Made by a program: the position numbers and the translations under genes. A stretch of DNA of 64,000 nucleotides, from contig OZ024743.1 of assembly GCA_964016885.1 (NCBI GenBank), forward strand, positions 235,600,001 to 235,664,000, in the 5' to 3' direction. Below the pieces are notes generated by a model. That model was given only the letters and a program-made list of their open reading frames with translations, was not told where the DNA came from and made no database searches. The DNA is from Eledone cirrhosa (Eukaryota). Below are positions 23,804-37,526 of the stretch, piece after piece; the stretch's first letter is position 1; each line of letters starts with the position of its first letter.

Positions 23804-26800
23804 TATTGCGACTTGTCTTGTCTGTATATCACCCCTTTTCTTCCGGGGCGTAAACAACCCCTGTATTTATAAGGGTTGAAGTTAGAAGGATAGATATATC
23901 CCCTGAACTTTGGTTAGAGTCTCCCAAGGGATTAGTTTGCCAAGCGTAAACAACTCAGAAAGATGGATATATCCTCTGACCTATTTTCTGTCAGGCGTAA
24001 ACACCTCTGACATGTGTTTAGCATCTCCCAAGGGGTTAGTCTTTTAGCAGGGTGGTTAGTCATGGTCGCCACTTTAGCAGTATGAAAGTTGAATAGTTGC
24101 TACTTTAACAGGGTAGATGATTGAAGGTCGTTAGTTGCCAGTGTGGTAAGTGATTGTATTATAGCGAAGATACTCGGGTTGTATGAATGTAACAAGGAGA
24201 CATGGTTTGTGTGTATAATATTTAATCAACAATTTAACAGTATAGTTGACATGTCAATGAATAAACGAAAGAATGAAGCAAAGTTAGTAGTTACCGTTTT
24301 GATTGCCAGGCAAACGCAGGCTGGCAGTAGACGCCTGGCGAAGGCCAGGCGCCGGAAGAGCAAAAGAGAGAATGAGAACTTAAAGTTGTTAGTTTTATAG
24401 GGTTCTGACCGGAAGTTACAGAAAGGGTTCTACTTCCCGTCTAGATGTTGTTCATCTATTGGGGTTGTGAGTCACAACAAGGGAGGCAACTGCTACATAA
24501 CCTCCCGCCAGAATTTTAGAATATAAAAATCGAATAAAATATGTAGCAAGTTGGCGAGAATATTGTAACAGGCATGAAAATTACGACAAAAGAATGTTTG
24601 CAAAAATCAATGATAGATATCAAGGTAGCCAACCGCTCTTGGCCAGAGAACGACTGGACATCTATCTATCCATCACCCAAAGATACAATGTAATAAAGTA
24701 AGAGAAGAGCTCAAAGTTCAAATGTACAAAATATAGTTCACAGGTGTGCAATCACATGACAGCAGGAAAGAAAGTGTGTTCCAGAGAATGAATGCAGGTG
24801 GTTTCTGTTCTGTGGTATATCGTGAAATTTCCAACCTCCGAATGGATTTTCTCACAGGAAGAGTGCTGCAAAAATAAATTCTCTGGCTTGTTCTGCTGGT
24901 TTTGGTTGTTGGTGAAGCTGTGTTGCTGTTGATGTTGTTGTCTCGCGGAGTGAGCGTATTCAGTGTTTAAATTCACAGTAAAAAAAATTTTTTCGGAAAA
25001 AATGAGTTGCGCAAAGTGTTAGAAATAACAGCCGAAGTTGATGGTCGATGTTGAGAATGCGTTCACCTGGAAGGGTCAAGAGGCCAGCGACCAAAGAAAT
25101 AAGCATTCTGAATAAATGCGCAGTTTTCAACGGCAAATTTACGTGGTAAATTTTTAAACCGGCAAATAGGAGAATATAGCTTAAGGCTGAAGAATCCTTG
25201 GCGAGAAACGTTATCTCTGGCGTGCGGCTATCTCTGTGAGTCGAGAATTTGTGCTGCCTACACGTGCCAATACAAGGCTAAGTTAGGTTTAAAAAATAAT
25301 ATTTCTAACGCGCGAGAAAATGATAGTGCAAGTGTGAAAGTGACAATGATGAAAAAGAAAGGCTTCACTTAGCATAATTATTGGTGTGAACTTTGGAAAA
25401 AAAAACTTGAACGATGAAGAAAACGATGAAAAAAAAAGGCAATGGTTCATCGAAAATAAATGTTCCTGTTGAAATGTTTTAAAAAAAATATCAAATTTCT
25501 TTTTTTTTTTGTTGTTTTGAAAGTGTTCGTTGTAAGAAACGAGAAACATATATATATCGTGAAATGCGACAGTTAGTTGATGCGTGAGGGAAAAAGTCTG
25601 TCTGAACGTGAATTTCACATGTGCGTGGTGTGTTCGTTTCTTTGACTGAGTATTTTCATAGTTTGTCAATAAATTTGCTGTGTATTCGTAATGTTACTCA
25701 CACAACACCAGATTCCGCTATTTTTTTCTTTTTTCGGGGTGACCACTTATAACAATGAACGGCTGCGTGTTCGTATCACGCCAGGGTTACCAATATAGCG
25801 AAGATACTCGGGTTGTATGAATATAACAAGGAGACATGGTTTGTGTGTATAATATTTAATCAACAATTTAACAGTATAGTTGACATGTCAATGAATAAAC
25901 GAAAGAATGAAGCAAAGTTAGTAGTTACCGTTTTGATTGCCAGGCAAACGCAAGCTGGCAGAAGACGCCTGGCGAAGGCCAGGCGCCGGAAGGGCAAAAG
26001 AGAGAATGAGAACTTAAAGTTGTTAGTTTTATAGGGTTCTGACCGGAAGTTACAGAAAGGGTTCTACTTCCCGTCTAGATGTTGTTCATCTATTGGGGTT
26101 GTGAGTCACAAGGGAGGCAACTGCTACAGTATCCTCGTTGGATTATCTTGTCGACATAGACGTGAGGGAAGGTCCCTCGATCTATTTACCATCTTTGTAT
26201 TTACAATATTCCTTTCGTCAGGTCGCCAATTCCAGCGGCATGGATTATAGATGTTATTGAGACACGAGCAACATAATAATGATTTCAACAGCAGAAATTA
26301 GAGAAGAAATGTATGTTTATTTTTGATGTAGCACAAACAATGTTTGTTAACTTATATGGTTGAAGTTACAGATAAAAAGAGGTTACAAAAGGGAATGTGC
26401 CATTGCGCCGGAAAGCCGGCGAGGCTAGGGTGCAATATCTCACCATTACATTATGCGTGTTGCTGACTCGAAGTTTCTGGTACCAGAGAGAGATTCTTCA
26501 AATCTTCGCGGGGAATTTCTTCCTCAGGGCGCGTAGGGATACATCCTCTTCTACTGGCGCTGATTGGCTGAACTGAGCCAAATCACGCACAGAGAATGTA
26601 TGTGAGCCCGCGGAATGTAGGTCACTACATCACCTCCGAGCAGATTTTCAGCCGAAAATCGATAACGAAGAAACCAAGGACCCACATATTATTGAATCAG
26701 CAAGAACAAATGCTGAAAGAGCACATCAGTGAAAAAATAATTGAGCAGAAAGATTCATGCAAGAACAAAAAAAATTAGGCGTGACGGGCCGTGTTGAGCC

Positions 26801-28865
26801 GCTGTCAAATGACTAGCTGTTTTGTAGTTTAAACAAGACCCTCAAGGGCCTACAAGAAAACAGATAAAGTCTGACATGGGCGAAGTTGCTGTTCTTGCAT
26901 TAAATGTTAATGGTAAGCCTTGTACCAGTAGCTGTGAACGAAGCTATTATAGTAGTTTACCAGTGCTGGCGAGAAAATGATGGCCCCCAGATGTATTGTC
27001 GAATGTGCTGTGGAGCCAGGAAAAAATGGCTGGTTGCTTTGTAAAGAAAAAAAAAGCAAGTTTAATATGTAGGTGGGTTGCAGAGTAAATTCCATAATTA
27101 GGGCGAATCCACAGAAGTGGCCGAAATGCTGACAAGTCCAGTTCAGTTTGTTGCTTTCCCAGCGAGTCGGGCAAAAACAACAAGACGGATGGCCGTCATG
27201 GACGATCAGTGTGCAACGAGATGCGAAGCTGTTTGAGTTCAGCTGCAATTAGTATTCTCGTGTTGCTGTGACTGTTTGAATCCAGTGGATTAAGCTCTGT
27301 GAGCTGCTAGCATGTGACAGCACCTCAATCAGGTGAAAAGGGACTCGCAGAATATTACGTTTGAAGAACATATACCAAGAACAACATGTTGGTGTGTGAC
27401 AAAAAAATGTATGCATATGCAGGCATGCAAAACAGCAAAGAATGTGAATGAACAAAAACCATGAGCAAGCAAATGGCACAAGAGCACAAAACAAGTAAAT
27501 GCATCCTACAAAGAAATATGTGAATGTAACAAACTAATAATTCAAAGTCAATCTAAGGGAGCAGAGAAATTGCTCAATGAAAAGTTCAAAGTTTTTCAAA
27601 GTCAAATAGTTCACACATCACCAGTGTACAGACACTAGTTCTATCTGAAAACTGAAAAAGAAGTGTGTTAATGCCGTTAGGGGTTAGATGTATGGTGTTT
27701 TTGTGAGTTTTCGTGGCCATTTTCCCGTCCTGCCACCTAGTGTGGCATAAGGTTGTGTTGCTTATTGTTAAAGCAAAGTCAAAAAATCTTCTGTAGAGTA
27801 GCAGTCACCAAACATGGCAGCCACGTCTGACGCCATAATGGTGAGAAAACTACTGTCTCAATTTCTCGAGTCCCTGTGGTAACGAGACAGAAGGTATGGT
27901 GGTTGCGTCGGTAAAGTTACAAGCCGTTTTGAAATTTCCGATGTGTGGTGGTTTGCGTCGGTAAGGCTATGAAGCTGCCACTCACTATTCCCTGTTTGGG
28001 TCAGTGGTTAAACAATGCTGTCGCTGCTGCTGCTGTCGTTGTTGTTGATTGTAGACAGGACCTGTCGGTAGCCATTTTGAAATTCCCTCGTGGCGAAAAG
28101 TTTTCTGAAATACTGCTAATTTTTCAAAAAAAAAAATTTTGAAAGGAATATATTGTATTTTCGCAAGTTGCGAAAAGGTTGGCAAAGTGGCAATAAAAGT
28201 TCAACTGAATGAAAAAGAAGGGCTGCGTTAAATTCTTACGTCGATCACCACTTTAGCAGGGTGGTTAGTCATGGTCGCCACTTTAGCAGTATGAAAGTTG
28301 AATAGTCGCCACTTTAACAGGGTAGATGATTGAAGGTCGTTAGTTGCCAGTGTGGTAAGTGATTGTATCCTCGTTGGATTATCTTGTCGACATAGACGTG
28401 AGGGAAGGTCCCTCGATCTATTTACCATTTTTGTATTTACAATATTCCTTTCGTCAGGTCGCCAATTCCAACAGCATGGATTATAGATGTTATTGAGACA
28501 CGAGCAATATAATAATGATTTCAACAGCAGAAATTAGAGAAGAAATGTATGTTTATTTTTGATGTAGCACAAACAATGTTTGTTAACTTATAAGGTTGAA
28601 GTTACAGATAAAAAGAGGTTACAAAAGGGAATGTGCCATTGCGCCGAAAAGCCGGCGAGGCTAGGGTGCAATATCTCACCGTTACATTATGCGTGTTGCT
28701 GACTCGAAGTTTCTGGTACCAGAGAGAGATTCTCCAAATCTTCGCGGGGAATTTCTTCCTCAGGACGCGTAGGGATACATCTTCTTCTACTGGCGCTGAT
28801 TGGTTGAACTGAGCCAAATCACGCACAGAGAATGTATGTGAGCCCGCGGAATGTAGGTCATTACA
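23804..28865 (-). mobile_element. Outer non-autonomous LTR element
   Basis: Direct repeats: 24043-24159 plus 26133-26629 match 28252-28865. On the minus strand both start TGTA(G/A)TGACC; a purine-rich GGAGGTGA precedes the 3' LTR; the interior is non-coding. The left boundary is inferred and no TSD was found. Confidence 0.7.
24160..26128 (-). mobile_element. Inner non-autonomous LTR element (TRIM/LARD-like) nested in the outer LTR
   Basis: LTRs 24160-24497 and 25794-26128 are nearly identical; 4-bp TSD GTAT, with the empty site visible at about 28364; PBS TGGTAACCCTGGCGTGAT resembles the tRNA-Trp PBS TGGTGACCCCGACGTGAT; PPT-like GGCGGGAGG. Confidence 0.9.
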
Positions 28866-29959
28866 GTCTCTTGAGCGTAAATAACTTACCACGGCTTGTC
28901 CCAGAGGCGAGAAAGCTCAGATTCGGTTTCGAATCTTCGCCGCCGTTATATATATATACAACCCTTATCAAGTACTCTTTCGATTCTGATCTTTGTGTCG
29001 ATAAAATAAAGTACCAGTAATGCACTGGGTAATTGCTGGCCTTGTGCCTAAAGTAGAGACAATTATTACTGTGTGTGTGTGTGTGTGTGTATGGTGTACT
29101 TACATGTAACATAATAAAATAAAATAACTAGAACTAGATATGACTCATTCCCTTCAAAATTGAAGGCCCAACATAACTGATGTACCTTCCACCCAACTCT
29201 GATTGTCATATAGAGAGTTGAGTTTTGACGAGCTTATTTCACGAATTGAAGTACCTTACATAGTTGCACTTAAGTATTTTCTTTTAATGTCATAAACTAT
29301 CGACTTTGTATTGTATGCAAGTTTATTTCTTTAACTGGCGCCATTATGGGGAAGACAAACGAAACGAGGTTAACCATACAACAAAATAGTGGGGCGTAAT
29401 AATTCCATCAACGTTGCATCTGATGTCTTTCGAAATAATTCACTTAGAAAATAGATCTCTTGTTTTTAAACAATGATTGGGTCATATATAAAAAGATCGT
29501 TGACTGAAAGAAGAGAGAAGTGAAGTATTTATTTAATTGTCAGATTCTGGTTTGACAATAAAACGAGTTGGTAATATATCAATCTAGGAAGAAACAAGAC
29601 ACCTTTCACCTTTTTCAAATAGAATTCTTTTATACATAAAAGATGAAATTTATTTCTAAGCTGATTTTCATACAGCCAATAGAGAGAATGAATGGCTGTT
29701 TTGTGTTGCTAGGAGTTGAATTAAACACAATTATTGCCACTAATCAACGAGAGAGGACCTAAATCAGCTGTTTCTAATACATTATATCGACACTCATTTC
29801 AGGAGATCAATAATACATTGTAGAAATATTTGAATAAAAAAACCCCAGCTTCCTTCTGATTGGTCCATTTCTTTAATGTTCATCAAGTACAGAAATATTC
29901 TCTCCTATATTTCGTGAAAAAATAATGGTTTCTAATTTAGGTATAATGCCAGCAGTTGA

Positions 29960-30210
29960 GGAAGGTCTCCTAGTGGTAAGTGTGCTGGGCTTACGATCAT
30001 AGTGTCGTGGGTTCGATTCCTGGGCTGAGTTGTGTGTTGTGTTCTTGAGAAAAACATTTCATTTCGCGTTGCTCCACCATTCTCTGAAAATGAGTACCAG
30101 CAATAGCTTGGTCGTTTAACCCAACGATGGAGTGGCGTCCTGTCCAGGAGGAAGTCTTGTACTCTCAGTCACTTCACGTTACGAAATCAGACTTAAAGAG
30201 CCTTCTGGAT
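29960..30210 (+). mobile_element. Decayed tRNA-derived SINE
   Basis: A-box-like TAGTGGTAAG and B-box GGTTCGATTCC, followed by a body typical of SINEs. Confidence 0.6.
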
Positions 30211-32020
30211 TGAGAGAGACTTTAGTCAGGAATTGGGAGAAGAAAGTTGATTAAATCGACCCTAGTACATGACAAGTACTTTTGTTTTATCAACCCTTGA
30301 AGGATGAATGGCAATATTGACCTAGGCGAGCTAAACCTACAAAATGTGAGGTGTAACAACATCAATATATAGTGTTGGACTGAGGCGTTTATCTGTAAAA
30401 CACTCAAGAAATCTGCAATGAGATGCAACCTTAAAGGATGTCGGTTAAACATACAAACTATGAGCCGTAACGTCAAGTTGCTTGTGTCGACATTACAGAC
30501 TATGTTTCCTATGAATTTATGGTATACAGATGATAAAAATCAATATTTAATATCTCTGTTGACCTACAACTAAATGTTAGCCAGAAAAATTTCTTTACTA
30601 ACAATTTTATTTAACAAATTTGACATTTTACTTTTAAAGTTCACATTTTTTATATTCTTGTCACAATAATTTATATTTAGAAAATTGAATTTATACCTAG
30701 CTTTCACCATCACCACCACTTCACGTCAGCTTTCCATGCCGGCAGGGTTTGGGCAGGTCGTAACGATTTTATGCTGGGAAGATATGGACCATTTGGCCGA
30801 GTCGTCAGAATTTTTCTGGGATGGTTTGGAGGTCGTAACGATTTTATGCTGGACAGATTGAAGAGCCTCGTCTTGCCAACCCATTCCTTATTTGGCATGC
30901 TTTCTACAATTGGATGTCCTTATGCCACCCAATTTACAGAGTGTACTGGATTCATTTTATCGTGGGACCATCGACGGGAATAAAGAAAACCTCGCATTGT
31001 CTCAATTCGGTCTTTCAACCTTAGAACGTATATTTTATTATGACACCAACATCAATGGCTTGGCTTTAATTCACAAGTGTAACTATTCAACGTTGTATCT
31101 CATCTTGTTATTGTGCTATAAATACGAATGTAAAACTCAGGAATATTTAAAACTAGCAGCAGTACCCGTTTTTGCCCAGGTTTATAAATATCTGAAGAAA
31201 TACGACCAAATTACTTCACTATATTTTTCATAAAATGGTTAAGAAAGTTGCTGACAGTCGCCAGTTGAACCTGGAATGTTGATTCACTCAATAAGAAAAC
31301 AATTTCACACAAACTTTACATTTTCAAAATTCTGAATTCAATTTCCTTTCTTTAGTCAATAATATTTATCAGTGAAGGTCATCCTTGGAATATTATACAA
31401 ACAGTTATAAAAGATGGCATATTGGCAGAGTCATTAGGTATTGGGGAGATGACTTGCAGTATTCCTTTAGGCCCTCTACTCACTGAGTTCAAATTCTGCA
31501 AAGATCAAATTTACCTTTCATATTTTTAGGGTTGATAAATTAAAATACCAGCCATGTTTGTTGGTGTATATCCGCGGCCGAATGGTTAGGACTATATTCT
31601 TGGACCAACTAGTACGCTGTATTCTTGAACAAAACACTTCATTTTTCATTGCTCCAGTCTACTTAGCTGAAAATGAATATAAGCTGATGGTTAAATCCTG
31701 TTAGAGACTAGCGTCCTATCCAGGGTGAAGTCTTCTACTGTCAATGCCAATGAAACCATAATAAGCACCCGTTTTACGATGTTCCATTCTTAAGACAGAG
31801 TTTTTAAATCAGGGTGTGGATTAGCAGAATTATTGAAGTCTCAGGTGAGATGTGATACATTATTTTTTCTAGCTCCTTGAATTATTATTTTCTGGGAGAC
31901 CCAATCCACTAGCTGCTCCTTAAGGGATTTTCAAGTTTGATGCTATAACCTCCTCTCCTTTCTACCAGTCTTAGAGTGAAACTAAAGTATCATGGCCAGT
32001 TCTTCATGACGGAGCTAGGA

Positions 32021-32243
32021 AATAATGGTTTCTGATTTAGACACCAGACCAACAATTTTGGGGGAGGGTAAAGTCGTTTAAATAGACCACAGTACATTAC
32101 TGGTACTTTATTTTATCGACTCCGTAAGGATGAAAGGCAAAACCAACCTCGACGGGATTTGAACTCAGACCTTAAAGGGTCATAACTCTATGCTGCAAAG
32201 CATGGTTTCCAATGCTCTACCGATTCTGCTAATCCACCGCCCT
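32021..32243 (-). mobile_element. tRNA-derived SINE with a Meta-like core
   Basis: Reverse-complement homologue of 43936-44121. Confidence 0.75.
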
Positions 32244-33112
32244 TTTAAAGAAATAATACTCATAATCATTTAACCTACGTTTGTCCATACTGGTATAGGC
32301 TGGATATGCTGTCACAGGCCATGTTAGTACTCAATTAAAGCTACTGTCCTCCTAGGATTAGGGGTCATGATTTCTACAATTGGAGGACCCTCCGCTCATC
32401 AACCACTTTACATTGTACACTGGGTGTATTATATTGTGAATGTAGCACGAGAGAATTAGTCATGTCTTAGAGAACTAAGAAACCCCTCAGCCCTTCATCT
32501 GCCATTGAGACCTCAGGCGTCCTTGGAAGCATCAGCAGCCCATCCGAGGAAGAAACCCGTGAGGTGGGGTGGCCATTGTCCGCGGGGTGCAGCTGAAACA
32601 CCGCCTCAACCTAGACACAGAGTCTGTCACCCTCTCCACTTCCTCTCTCTTCTGTAGCCTAATAGTCCTTGCTCTTCCCCTCCTTTTCTTCTCATTGATG
32701 GCATTTATAGTCCTTTCCTATACAGCCAGATCTGCCCTTCTTTACTTCTTCTGTCCATTTTTTACATTATTTATATCGTTAATTATGAAAACTTAATAAA
32801 TAATTTTTAAAAAATTGAAGGGAAATAATAATAACAAACAATTTCATTTTTTTTTGTAAAAACAAAATTTTATTCAAATATTCTGAATATGAAATTTGGC
32901 CAAAGCCCCAAAAGTAACTACATTTCTTGATGATTTCTAAATTTATACAAAGAGGAAATTTCTGCATTTCTATATGGATGAACGTCGTCAGTAGAGAAAG
33001 TTTAGCATTTCAAAGATTAAGAAAGACAGAAAGAAAGAACTAAGCTAACCATTATGTGTTAATGTTTTCATTCTAAACCTAAATCATGACATCTATTTTA
33101 AACAGATTTCCA

Positions 33113-33148
<36 letters not shown>

Positions 33149-34289
33149 AAATTGTTCTAATATCTGAAGGAAAAGAAGGGTGTTTTTAAAAATTGGCATT
33201 ATTTAGAATGGTTCTTTGAGGAGAAAAATGTTATTACAATGGAGTTTGATAAGAGGCTGTGAGAGAGAGAGAGAGGGGAGGGAGAGAGGTAGATAGATAG
33301 CTAGCCAGGCAGACAGATAGAAAGAAACTTTGATACTTTATGTGAATCTATAATGAAAAAATATTTCAAATTCAATTCTGTTCAAAACCTTTCTCAATGT
33401 ATTACAAACTAATCCCGTTTCGTGCTGTCTAAATAATCTGAAAATAATCATTACTAATATTAGGTGCAAGGCCTGATATTTTAGGGAGGGTTAGGTAGCT
33501 ATAGTTGATTATATTGAAGCCAGTATATCACTGGTATTTTTATTTTATCATCCTTATGAAGGGTGAAGGACAAAGTCAACCTTGGTGGTATATGAACTTA
33601 AAACTTAAAGAGAGAGAACAAATACTGGTACTCTACTCTCACAATTCTGTCAATTTGCCACTATCTAATGTTCAAATAACAATAATTATAATTTCGACCC
33701 CAGTACATCACTGGTACTATATTTTATTTTATTAAACACCTCAGGGCAAAAGACAAAACTGACTATGGATAACTAGTACTTTTATCAACCCTATAAATGT
33801 TGGGGGAAGGAAGTGGTTAGTTTAACCCCAGTACTTAACTAGTACTTCATTTTTGACCCCAACAATTTGAAGAGAGGGGTTAGTTGATTATAATTAACCT
33901 CAGTATATTACTGGTACTTCACTTTATCGACTATGGAAATATGAAAGACAAAGTAGACGTCGGTGGGATCCAAATAAAAAAACGTAAAGAGATGTAATTT
34001 AGTAGCAACCACAAGGTATTATATCAATCGATCCCTATACTGATTCCATCACCATTTCTTTCTTTGTTTCTAAAGAAAAGAACCCCACCCCACCCCAATA
34101 TCGTGATCAATATATTCATCTGATTGATTTCAAACTGTTCGACCAAGACTGAATTTGACCAATAATTTTCCAAAAAAGATTACTATAGAAGCAAAAATAT
34201 GTATGTACATGTATCTGCGTGTGTGTATATATCCATATGTGGTTGACGGCTGAGAGAAAAGAGTACTAAATACTGGAGCAGAGTGTTAA

Positions 34290-34440
34290 TATTCATTTTC
34301 TTAAGGCTGAGTAGTGAGTCTCGTTACTCAGGAGTTTCACCTGTTTATCACAGCGTCATCAGACAAATCTGATGACCCTGTGGTTAACAGTGAAACTCCA
34401 GAGCAACAAGACTCACTATTCAGCCTTAAGAAAATGAATA
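34290..34440. repeat. Fold-back palindrome (about 74-bp arms, 4-nt loop) with hammerhead cores in both arms
   Basis: TATTCATTTTCTTAAGGCTG...GTCATCAGA-CAAA-TCTGATGAC...CAGCCTTAAGAAAATGAATA; the minus strand reads CTGATGA...GAAA-CTCCTGAG-TA. Confidence 0.85.
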
Positions 34441-34829
34441 CACATACACATACACATTATATATATATATATATATATAAACACACACACACATATATAC
34501 ATATATGGATATGTTTGCCTAAGCAGGTCAAAACTTTTACTAATAGCGAAAACAAAAGTCTGTGGGTTCTTCAAAATAGAAGATAGAATTGTTTCTTGTA
34601 GTAAATTAGGACAAGCAGCTCTGGTTGTAGTTAATCAGCACAGGTTGTATGGCCTCCTCAACAAATAAGACAATATTATATCTAACTTATACAAATATTA
34701 GAGAGATGAGGATCTTAAAGTGACTTCTTATATAGCTAAGTTACGTTCAGCAGCATAGAAGATACAAATCAACTATAATACAAGCGGCCGAAATGGGGCT
34801 ACTCCGAGGGGTCTTTGGAGTAACGTTAC

Positions 34830-35400
34830 TCAATACAGTGTGTAGCTCGGAGATCAAAGAGTTGCTCGAGGTAGAGCCACTACTTCTCCGAATTGAGAGA
34901 TCACAGCTCTGATACTACAGACATGTGGTTAGAATGTCTCAGGAAAGAATCTCTGGATTGAGAGATCACAGCTCTGATACTACAGACATGTGGTTAGAAT
35001 GTCTCAGGAAAGAATCTCTGGATTGAGAGATCACAGCTCTGATACTACAGACATGTGGTTAGAATGTCTCAGGAAAGAATCTCCGAATTGAGAGATCACA
35101 GCTCTGATACTACAGACATGTGGTTAGAATGTCTCAGGAAAGAATCTCTGGATTGAGAGATCACAGCTCTGATACTACAGACATGTGGTTAAAATGGGGT
35201 TCCACTGAAGGGTCTTTAGAGTAATGTTATTTGATAATATCCTTGAGCTTGACTTGTCTCACTTGGGAATCCAGCTGGAGATGGTTGCTTCTGACAGGAC
35301 CCAGTGGAAGGAGGGTCTCTGCCCCTATGACCCTCTCAGAAATAAGTGGCCATGGAAGGAGTAGAAGGAGAAGAAGACAGTAGTAGTAGTAGTAGTATAG
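34830..35400 (+). mobile_element. RTE/Rex3-like LINE 3' remnant with a 65-bp tandem expansion (about 4.7 copies, 34892-35195)
   Basis: Translates SSEIKELLEVEPLLLRIERSQL*YYRHVVRMSQER; related fragments at about 41247-41490 and 55500-55640. Confidence 0.7.
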
Positions 35401-35712
35401 ATACAAATCAACCAATTAACTTGTATGAAGAAGGAGAGTTTACTTCAAGAACTCAGAAATAACATGGGACTTAAGAGATTACAAAGGCCAACAGAATGTA
35501 ATTCATTGGAAGATGGTAACTATGTTGGTACTCTGAGTTACTTGTATGTATTTGTTGAAGTAATCTGTTGGTCACAACAAATACCAGCCAACTACTTCAA
35601 GTTGCAATGAAGTGAATAATCAGCTTTGAAACTATCATGTATATTAAGTTCTTTTTTTCCCATGTGTAAACTCAACTGTGTGTATATATTAGTGTCAACA
35701 TCTCTGTGTGTC

Positions 35713-35743
<31 letters not shown>

Positions 35744-36185
35744 CATCATCATTGTTTTAACATCCAATTTTCCTGCTAGCAAGAGTTGGACTAATGTGCA
35801 TATATATATATATATACATACACACACAAATATATTAGTCCAATCCATGCTAGCAGGGAAAGTAGACATTAAAACGATATATACATGTGTATATATACAC
35901 ACATTGTTTTGTTTATTTTGTGATACAAAACCAAAGTGCTGAATACATTAGAGAGTGTGACATTGAAATGTTCTGTAAACCAGGTTCCATATCCTGTAAC
36001 TGAAAGACTTCTTTCAATTAACCTTATAGTCACCTGTACTTATGTCCTGGTGATTACCATTAATTGTACAAAACCTTCAGGACCGGATATGTAGCTCTGT
36101 TTACCTTACACTTGACAAACCTACACTTGTCAGGCCAACAGAAGACAGATCAATAAAGATATATTAGAAATGTTTAACCCATTAA

Positions 36186-36583
36186 CCCTTTAACATTGAC
36201 ATTACTCTATATATACTATTATATTTTTATTGTAAAGGCTTTACCTCACATAACATTTACATTACTCTATATATACTATTGTATTTTCACAGTAAAGGCT
36301 TTACCTCATAATATCTCACATAACATTTACATTACTCTATATATACTATTGTATTTTTACAGTAAAGTCTTTACCTCACACAACATTTACATTACTCTAT
36401 ATTTACTATTATATTTTTAAGGTAAAGGCTTTACCTCACATAATATCAAATCTATGAGATTTTGATATCATTTATTTTGAGAACAATACCTTAACGTAAG
36501 TATAAGCAGCCAGTTACAGTCAGTTTGTACAGAAAGAGGTGAGAAAATTCTGGCCAGATATGGCCAGTTTAAATGCTAAAGGG
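36186..36583. mobile_element. piggyBac-type MITE with a small internal tandem expansion
   Basis: TTAA-CCCTTTA...TAAATGCTAAAGGG-TCAA; about 3-4 copies of the 60-72-bp internal unit. Confidence 0.8.
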
Positions 36584-37252
36584 TCAAATATTCTTTGGAA
36601 AGTCAACAGAGCAATTATGTTCCATTACAATGAAGAATGTAATAGATATATTATAGAGCTTTAGAATAGATACACTGCATTGCTGTGTGTCATATGAAGC
36701 AACTTAAAGGTTAGTGTTAGCAAGAGGTTTTAATTGTAAAACATTCTCATAAATATGGATCCATGATAAATACAAAACCTACCATGGGGCCCACTAGGCT
36801 AGGACGTATTTTAGCATTTTAGCTGAGGAAATGACCTTGAGAGAGAGGGAGAGAGTGTGAGTGAGTGAGAGAGAGAGAGAAAGAAAGAGAGAGAGGGGGG
36901 AGAGAAGGGTTTAAGAATATGAAAAATATACAGTAGGAACAATATAGTATAGCTGTTTCTCCCTCCCAAGTAGGTTTCAAGGGGAGAGTTAAATACCTTG
37001 TTAGTTTTAAAGTAAATTCTTGTTTAGTGTAAGACAAGATTTCAGCCTCAAAGTTAGCAATAATAAACTATAAAGAAATCAATTATATCTATCAATATAT
37101 ATTGTCTAAGGTCGATGAGAGGATGTGTGATTAATTGATAGACCCTGGATAATAATGATAATAATAATAATGTGGCCAATCTTGAGTAGTAAGAATAAAA
37201 GAAGATTACTACGATACTGTGTTAGTGCTAAAGTCTAGTAAAGAAGTGTTAG

Positions 37253-37401
<149 letters not shown>

Positions 37402-37483
37402 AATGTTTACTTATATAGACTATTACATATATATCAACATCTTTTTAAGTCCAGTTTTTTTTTACCATGTTAGCATGGACTGG

Positions 37484-37526
<43 letters not shown>

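Noticed and set aside
29960-30030. tRNA gene
   Set aside because: A and B boxes are present but there is no complete cloverleaf, and it continues into a SINE body.
32490-32620. Possible CRE-like 3' remnant (AIETSGVLG...VAIVRG)
   Set aside because: Too short and decayed to call with confidence.
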